Shown in pieces: positions 55,023 to 64,000 of a stretch of DNA of 64,000 nt. The stretch lies in contig OX597815.1 in assembly GCA_951406725.2 (NCBI GenBank), forward strand, positions 84,196,001-84,260,000, read 5' to 3'. How positions within the stretch are numbered: position 1 is the first letter of the stretch; each line of letters opens with the position of its first letter. The notes beneath the pieces are model-generated. The model was given only the letters and a program-made list of their open reading frames with translations, made no database searches and was not told the origin of the DNA. A program made the translations under genes and the position numbers. This DNA comes from Octopus vulgaris. Its lineage: Eukaryota.

Positions 55023-55827
55023 TAATTCACTAGTTTTATTTCAATTCTAAGCATTCACATTACAACTGAACGCAGAACTAGGTTTCTTGAATACCTGCAG
55101 TATTTTGTTTTAAATTTTTAGTTTCTATAGCTTTGTAAATATATATCCAGTGCCTCGTAAACTTCCGACTTTGTAGTAATTCCTAAATGCACGTTTAGGC
55201 GCATTTAGAATATTTAGTACAGGGTTTGTTTCAATTCTCTACACTGGAGTTATCCTTAACTGCAGATTTTATATGTGATTGATATTCTGTTTCATTGTTC
55301 CCAGAAAGATAAAAGGTAAACTTGAACTCGCTAATACTTGAACTTGATGTAGAAAATCAGAACAATTCCACAGAGAATATTGATTGACGCTCGAAAGATT
55401 TTCCTAATGTAACGTACTATCTTACTTAAACGATACGGATGAAACGAGTATAATATATTTTCTTTTGGATTATAAAACAGGGAAGTAAAGATAACGATAT
55501 AACTATGGGTGTAGCTCCAGCAATGGGGAATTTTCGGTTTCGTCACAATATATATCCTGAGAAAATTGGTAAAGAGAACAAGATCATTCACTGCCTTTGT
55601 ATGTATGCTAAATTTTGTAAGCATACATCTGTTAGAAATACGGATCCATTTCCAAGGAAAATATAAGAAATGTTTATATATGTGTTCGAAATTAGAAATC
55701 GTAAGGAAAAGGAATCAATACAACAATAGAATGTAGTTTTTACCAGTACAGTGTTTAGACTTCTCTCTGCTGAATCCCGATAATATCCTCTTCAATCCAG
55801 CAAAAGTTTGCATAATTAAAGTGTATT

Positions 55828-55887
<60 letters not shown>

Positions 55888-55890
<3 letters not shown>

Positions 55891-56050
55891 AGAGTTTACG
55901 AAAAAAAAACAAAAGACGAAGCCAGGTAGTGTACAAAACAAACAGATGTATTAGTATAACGCTCAGGAAGAGAAAAAGTATTTTACGTTTCGTGCCTACG
56001 TTCTTCTACAGAAAGGGACAGAGAAAAAAACAAGGAGAGAAAAAAAGGAG
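55888..56050 (-). mobile_element. TA-embedded pLTR-like repeat with minimal hammerhead variant
   Basis: Homologous to 22960-23090; minus strand ttt-CTGTAGA-a-gaac-gtag-gcac-GAAACGTA-aaa. Confidence 0.55.
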
Positions 56051-56570
56051 ATATATATACACGCGCTCGTAGACGCACACACACACACACCTATATATAT
56101 ATAATCTTGTGTGTGTGTATGCTTTGTATATGCATATATACATATTTTATTTTGGCCAAGTCAGTCTCTTGTTACTCTGATTTTCACTTGTTGGTGAACT
56201 AGATCGTTAGGCAAGTTATAACAACTTGTGAATAAATATATTCGCTTCCACTGTGTACTTTGCTGAATTCTGCATGGAAAGATTATTCTGCAACCCTAAT
56301 TTTTGTCACTACTGTTCACACACACACACAAATAGATAGATAGACAGACAGATAGACACACATAATACATTAGTCTCTCTGTAATAATTTGAAGCTTATG
56401 ATGGAGCCTCTACGCACTGGCTCGACTCGCCAGATATAGTAATCAACACTATTTTGAATATTAGAATATATAACTGTATGCACGTGCGTGTGCGTGCATG
56501 TGTGTGAGTGAGTGTGTGTGTTTAGATGGTTGAACAGATATATGTATGTATGTACGTACGTACATATATA

Positions 56571-56803
56571 GTTTCTTTATTGCCCACAAGGGGTTAAACA
56601 TAGAGGGGACAAACAAGGACAGACAAAGGGATTGAGTGGATTACATCGACCCCAGTGCAGAACTGGTACTTTATTCATCGACACCGAAAGGATGAAAAGC
56701 AAAATCGACCTCGGCGGAATTTGAACTCACAACGTAACGACAGACGAAATACGGCTACGCATTTCGCCCGGCCTGCTAACGTTTCTGCCAGCTCGCCGCC
56801 TTA
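56571..56803 (-). mobile_element. SINE family B, tail type 1, full length
   Basis: Closely matches the 18140 and 23745 copies; imperfect TSD gtacgt.cgta.atata. Confidence 0.92.
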
Positions 56804-57742
56804 AGTACGTCCGTATATATATGTCCATGTACAGTGAACGGGGGCGCATTTTTTTCTAATACCTTTGGAATTGCTTCCTTCTAATTTTCAATTGTTTTTA
56901 TGCTACATTCAGAATCCAGAGCACCATTTATTCATTTTCACAATTTACACATGAACAGGAAGCGTCAGCATTCTAACATTCTTCAACTTGCCGTAATATA
57001 TTGTTGTACTAGCGGGTGCATAAAACGAGGGATGTTTTATACTCCACTTTGAGCATGCTGATGAAAGTCTTGTAAGTACACATAATTTTCTAAGCATATA
57101 TTTGATTGGAGTAGGTGCAGTATAGCCAAATGTTTAAATTTTTCACTTCGCAACAACAAAGTCCAAACTTCGATTTCACTGCCTTGCGTCTCGGGTACAT
57201 GTTATTCTCTATGAATGTAATTTTGATGTCAATCCCTACCTTGAGTGAAATTGCGTTGACGGAAATGGTACGCTCCACCGGATGGTGGAGTGTACATGTA
57301 ATTCAAATATTACACCTATCATACACTGTGATACACTGATTCTACTTGAGAATTGTTTTAAATATATACAAGCTTGTGGAATACTCCGTCACTTAAACTT
57401 TAAATCAGGAGCAGATTATTCAGTTCATCGAACAGCTGAATTTTAATCGTCGAACGAAGGAAGTCCGCCGCCACTACCATTTGCTAAAAAACATGCATTT
57501 ATATCGAGGAAAAATTACCTAGAATACTCCTGCTATGCATAGATATATGTTACGCATATTCCGACAAAATACCAACATATATGCATAAACAAACGCATGC
57601 ATTTACACACGCATTGCGCATACACCCACATACTAATAAACAAGCCCTCACACACAGATTTATAGAGATGTACGGTTTTCCGACACATCTGATCACGAAT
57701 AAATTGCGCTTTATTTCCTATCTTTCTCATATTCATTCAATG

Positions 57743-58494
<752 letters not shown>

Positions 58495-58500
58495 CATATG

Positions 58501-58579
<79 letters not shown>

Positions 58580-59592
58580 CTTCCATACAATTCCTGTCTA
58601 CCAGTTATAGCTCGAAAGGAGATATTAGATCCGAATTTACAGTAGAAGACACTGCTCTAAAATACCACGTTCTCAGATATTGCACTCAGAGTCATGCGAT
58701 TGTGTAGCGAGTTTCTTAAATCTGTAATTCTTTACAATTAATCCATTATAAATGTAATCGTCCCAAATCATTATTCAATACTCCTTTGAAGTAATGGATG
58801 AAATGATTTTCTGAGGGATTGCTGAAATTTTACGTCTTTTTTTCTTGTTGTCATATATTTATTCTCTATTTTTTTTTTACCACATTGATTGTTAAATCGT
58901 TCATTCCCGCTTGTGTATTATTGGACATCAGAGACATAATCAAGCAAAGCACAATTATATCCATGTTATTCCTTTAGCTAGAAGCAATGCTGCCAACCCA
59001 ATATGACACCGTCCCGACCCATTCCCGAGGAAACCTGTTTCCAAAATTTGTTTTAATTTTTTTCTCACTGAAGAAATTTTGACTCTGATAGGGTCAAAGG
59101 GTTTAATTTCTCACACCCTGTAATTAATTTAAGCCAATTTTCTTTTTATTGTTAAAAAGAAAATAAATCATAATTTTTTTTTTTTTTTTTTTTAAATATA
59201 AACGGAAGAGAAGCCAATACACAATATTAGCAAAAATTAGTTTTATTGGCTTCTTGATTAAAACCCAGAGAAACAAGATGTGTTCCAGGCAATTAGCTAC
59301 GTACTATTGGGGATGTTTTCTTCTTTCAAAAGTCAGATGTCGAGTACAGTACAGTTTTAATGTTTTATTCTCAAGTTATTTTTACTCTATAAGAACTGCG
59401 AAGAATTTTTTTGTTGCATATGTTTTTCTTTCATTCAATTTTCCTCTCTGACTTTTTTCCAACTATTCGTTTTAATTAATCGAATTATTCGACTTAGTGA
59501 AAAAATTATTAATATTTAAGAGGCGCTTAAAACAATTATTATCTTTGTTGAAATAATAATAATTATCATTATTATTATTATTATTATTGTTA

Positions 59593-59636
<44 letters not shown>

Positions 59637-62600
59637 AGGAGGTAGTGGTGGTGGTGGTGGAGGAGGAGGAGGAGGAGGGGGAGGAGTTCTTACAATAGAT
59701 CAATAAGATTCTCGGTGCAGTTAACGACCAGGACCCTATCAGGTCATATTAGGAATATTTTGACATTTACCCTAATCAGTGGCTTTTGTTTGCTTTGTCA
59801 AAATTCAAACTTGGCCATCTACATTAAAATATATCTAACCTAAAGCGTAACGAGAGAACGAACGAAGAAGCAGTATATTATAATACTGCTTGTTCATTCG
59901 TTCACACTTACGCTTTAGTGTGTTAGAAGGGGCAGTTGAAGTGAGAGGTGAGTGATAGTGACAGAGAGGTAGGAAGTGTGAGGGAGATGGAGGTTTAGTG
60001 GGTGAGATAGAAGATAACCACTTCCACTAACCAGGCTGTCACGTAGTTACGTGGTTAGTGAAAGTGAGAGATAAAGAGAAAGAGAGAAATGTTAACGACA
60101 TGAAGAGAGGAATCACATGGTTAAATAAATTGCAGAAATAAGAGGTAGAGAGAGACCGACAGACAAACAGGCAAAGACAGACAGAAATATATAGTGTTTA
60201 GTAGAGAGAAAATTAAAATCATATAAAAAAATTACCTGGAAGTGAAATGACAGCAAGTTACCCGTCAGTGTTATTGTTTTTTTTTTATTTAGAAGGGAAT
60301 TGAAATTAATCATGTAAATACAAACATTGTATATATTATGTAGATCGTTTTGAATATATTAATTGTATATAATGTAACGTAAATATGATAAAATATTGTG
60401 TAATAAGGAATATGCAATTATATAATCAACGTGCCGCTCCATTACAATTCAACACTAGCGAATGATGTGTGTATTAAGTATTTTATAGATTGTTATTGTG
60501 TGTTTTTCAATCAGCTAATGCACAGGCAAAAACAAGATTTATATGCAAAAAAAAAAAAAATACAAATGAGCCTTTCTTTCTTAAATAACATCTCTTAAGT
60601 CTTTTCCTTTCGTGGAATTTCCACGAGTCCCGCTAGTTTTTAATTAATCGCCTAAATTTCTGAGACGAATACCAAGTCATCCTAGGGAGGACAGCTGAGA
60701 TTTGGATCATATGGGAGAGGTAGGTTTCTTACTTCATCCTTCTTCTAATATCTTCAAAATATAAACTTTCTGCCAAAATCTACGGTATCGATTTTAATAC
60801 TATGGTTCAAGCAGCATTTAAATTTTCGAAAGTCATACAATTCTGTTTAGAAGTGAGTATTGAGAACATGGTGCAAACTTCGCGTTACTTTGAATATAAA
60901 GTTTAACAACACCAAAGGAATTTAAATTGAACTCAATAATTTCGTCTTCACACTTTCTGCACACTCCCTTATGATGCTTCAATACATATATAAGTCATTT
61001 TTTTATCTTGTAATACGATCACGATCTCACTAGATGAAGATAATTATTAGCTTTTTCGATTTTATTTTATTTTCTCTTTTAGTGGTTTCAGTTATTAAAT
61101 ATTGGCTGTGTTGGTAGAGTATCGTCTAAGATGCAAAGGATTATTATATCGACTCTGGTATATATTTAACCGAGGGATATTTACTTGATCACCTTCCAAA
61201 TAAGTAACGGCAAAATATATTTCTGTAGCATTTAATCTTAGAACTCAAATGTTCTTAATCAGATACCACAGTGTATTTTTCCGATCCGAAAATCTGCACG
61301 AAAATATCTAACAATTTTATTATTTCAATGGTTGTATATAACAGGTTACCCAACTTATGATTTTCAACATCCTTCCTTTTCAGTGCTGTCATTTTGAATT
61401 GTGGGCCCAATATCGTAAACAGTTATATTTTCTTTATCTACAGTAGCTGACGTTTATAACGACAACAAAATAATTTAAATATCGTAGAATTATTCAGTTC
61501 CAGGTCGATACATTTCTATTTTTCACAACAAATACATCTTTATTCTTGCATATATGTAATTTGATTTCTATGGTATAAGTTTCATTTGCTCTAGAAGAGT
61601 TGTAAGACTTAATGAGTCACTATATCTGAATGGGCCCAGGTTTTAAAAATAAAGAACATAATTTTTTGTTTGTATTACATTCGTGTTTGAAATAAGCATA
61701 TTCCTTTCTGTTTTCGAGTATCTTTGGAGCTTGCCATGCTTTATGCCATGACTTATTTCACCAAAGAAAAAACTTGGAATACTTGCTTTATGCAAATTAA
61801 TGCAAGAATAAGATCCGTCAACATATTCTGTATTACTTTTGCGAAAAGCAGTACATTTTGCCAGACATACTTAATGCTTAATGCGTGTTCAGATGTAATT
61901 TTGTTACCCATAGAGCGGTAAATTGGTGATGGTAGAACGCGAACCAACAATTTCTTGGTCGGTAACTCGTTTCTATTAACACATAAAAATACCAAAAATA
62001 TCATTGCGGTACAAGCACGTGGTTTGTATTATTCCTAAAACATTAATGTGTTTTTAAATAATAAAATGCAAGTATTAAATTCATTTAACTTCTAACATTA
62101 CATTTTCTAGAACTCACGACAGTTTTGTTCTTACACTATTTGTCAGGGTGAATGAGCAAATTCCTTTAACCCGACAACGTGAAAAAAATACCGTGTTATA
62201 AGATTTTATATTTCTTTTATACTTGCAAGATTCATTTCAAAAGAAAAGAAAAAGTTTTTCTTTTCTTTTCATTTCTTTCAATTTTATCAATAACTTCAAA
62301 TCATCTTCTGTCTCTAAGCAACAGCAACATAAAGATAAAGAAATATAAAAAGAGACTCTAAGAAATGAAAAGAAAAGCCACAAAAATTGTGCAAAAACCA
62401 AAAGAAAGAAAACAATTTTAATCTATCGGAAATAACTATATTTCTTTATCGACTTTTCTCTTAAGACATGACTGCGATAATTGTGGGATATTTCATTTGA
62501 TGAAAGGCATTGTTTCTCCTTATATCTTCAATTTTCAGCATTTGAAATTAATGCTTTCTTTTGAAAAAATGGTTTATATTTTCTGAGTTGTTTTTATTTT

Positions 62601-62757
62601 ATTCTAAATTTTATATTTATTTTTATTGTTGCTTTTCAATTTATTATTTGATTTCTCCCTTTTGAGAATTTATATTGTATTCTCCACAAAAAATATATCC
62701 ACTTTCCCCGATTGAACGTTTTTGATTATTTTATTATTACTATAACTATCGCCGGTA

Positions 62758-62765
62758 TTCTTCTT

Positions 62766-62830
<65 letters not shown>

Positions 62831-62831
62831 G

Positions 62832-62876
<45 letters not shown>

Positions 62877-62880
62877 ATTC
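62758..62880. repeat. (TTC)n-(TTA)n-(TTG)n microsatellite
   Basis: Directly visible. Confidence 0.97.
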
Positions 62881-64000
62881 ATACCACTACAACAGCGATT
62901 ATTGCTAAAACGATTATTTATAAAAATACTACTATTACTAATACCTATTACTCAATTTTAAAGTTGGTCACTTGAGTTTTGTAAAAAAAACATTCTGTAA
63001 GGAATATATTTCGCGTTAGCTTCAAAGTTCTTCTGAGATGGCGTTCATTGTCATTTTCGTCATAAGCACCATCATCATCATTATCGTCAACCATCATTAT
63101 CACCACCATCATCATCATCACTACAATAATTATCATCATTAACACCGCAATCATCATTATCATCATCATTTTCATTGTCATTCTTTTTACCTCACCGTCA
63201 TCATTATAATCGCCATCATCACCATCATAACGATCATCGTCAGTAACATCATTATTACAGATGGCTCTATGTAATAGCTTTTATTTATCACGTGTCTGTA
63301 TAGTCGCAGTACCCATCACGATAACTAAGTAGTACCCATCACGATAACTTAGCAGTGCCCAATGATATTTTGTAAAGTGCCAACAACTGAGACAAGTAAT
63401 CTTATGAGAAAAAATCATATCCTTTAGGATAAGGAAAGGGCGACATTATTATATAAATGCTCGCGCGCACATAAAGACACACACACATACACTCACACAC
63501 TTACGTTGAGGAAGAAAATATGAAAGTAACTTTTGAGCAAGTGTCAAAAAATAGGAATACGCAATATTTAAAAAAAAACAAAACCTATTTTTATATAACT
63601 AACGTCTAGAACCAAGTTTTACATGTATAAAATTGATTGAACTTTTTAATTCTCCTGTGAGTAAATAAGTATATACAAATCTATGGTTAGGTTTCTTACG
63701 CAATGAGGAGCAATATAACAAAGCCGTCTCCATCGACTATACTTACACACATTGTACGTCTATATATCTCAAGGAGCAGATTAGACCTCTTGATATTCAA
63801 TAAAACGTGGAGTAGCTGAGGCCAAGTGTTAGATACGTTTTATGATATAAGTCTACTTGTAGTATACATTAGACACAAGTTCACTGGAGATAATCTCAAA
63901 GTCCGAAGAAATATGATTAATGCGTAAATGCGGTAACTATCTGGGAAGAGAAATTCTCCTTACAAACAATGTGTTTGAAAACACACCGAGCTTCATGAAA

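Noticed and set aside
55481-55598. Possible + strand exon (acag|GGAAGT...|gtatgt, GSKDNDITMGVAPAMGNFRF...)
   Set aside because: Splice-like sites occur by chance in AT-rich DNA; no recognisable protein or partner exons. The same applies to candidates near 30650-30710 and 61910-61975.
63308-63349. 23-bp period duplication agtacccatcacgataact
   Set aside because: Only two copies; an ordinary local duplication.

Overview
AT-rich, microsatellite-saturated eukaryotic DNA, most likely intergenic or intronic. The SINE/LINE content and repeat style suggest an Octopus (coleoid cephalopod) genome; this is inference. No complete host gene is supported, and almost all ORFs in the track are translations of simple repeats. 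Interpretable content: several tRNA-type SINE families, R4/Dong-type RLE retrotransposon fragments in (TAA)n arrays, L1/Tx1, RTE and CR1 fragments, a decayed Penelope-like element, non-autonomous Helitrons, and hAT- and pogo/Tigger-like MITEs. The standout is 34224-36073: a near-identical non-coding 482-bp tandem repeat (about 2.7 direct copies, then about 1.1 inverted copies) between two (TA)n tracts. Every unit carries an intact-looking type I hammerhead ribozyme, as in a retrozyme or Penelope-pLTR system. Its geometry suggests reverse transcription of a circular or multimeric RNA primed from both sides of a break. Several other minimal or decayed hammerhead motifs occur in TA-associated elements. 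All calls were made by eye, without database searches or folding software.
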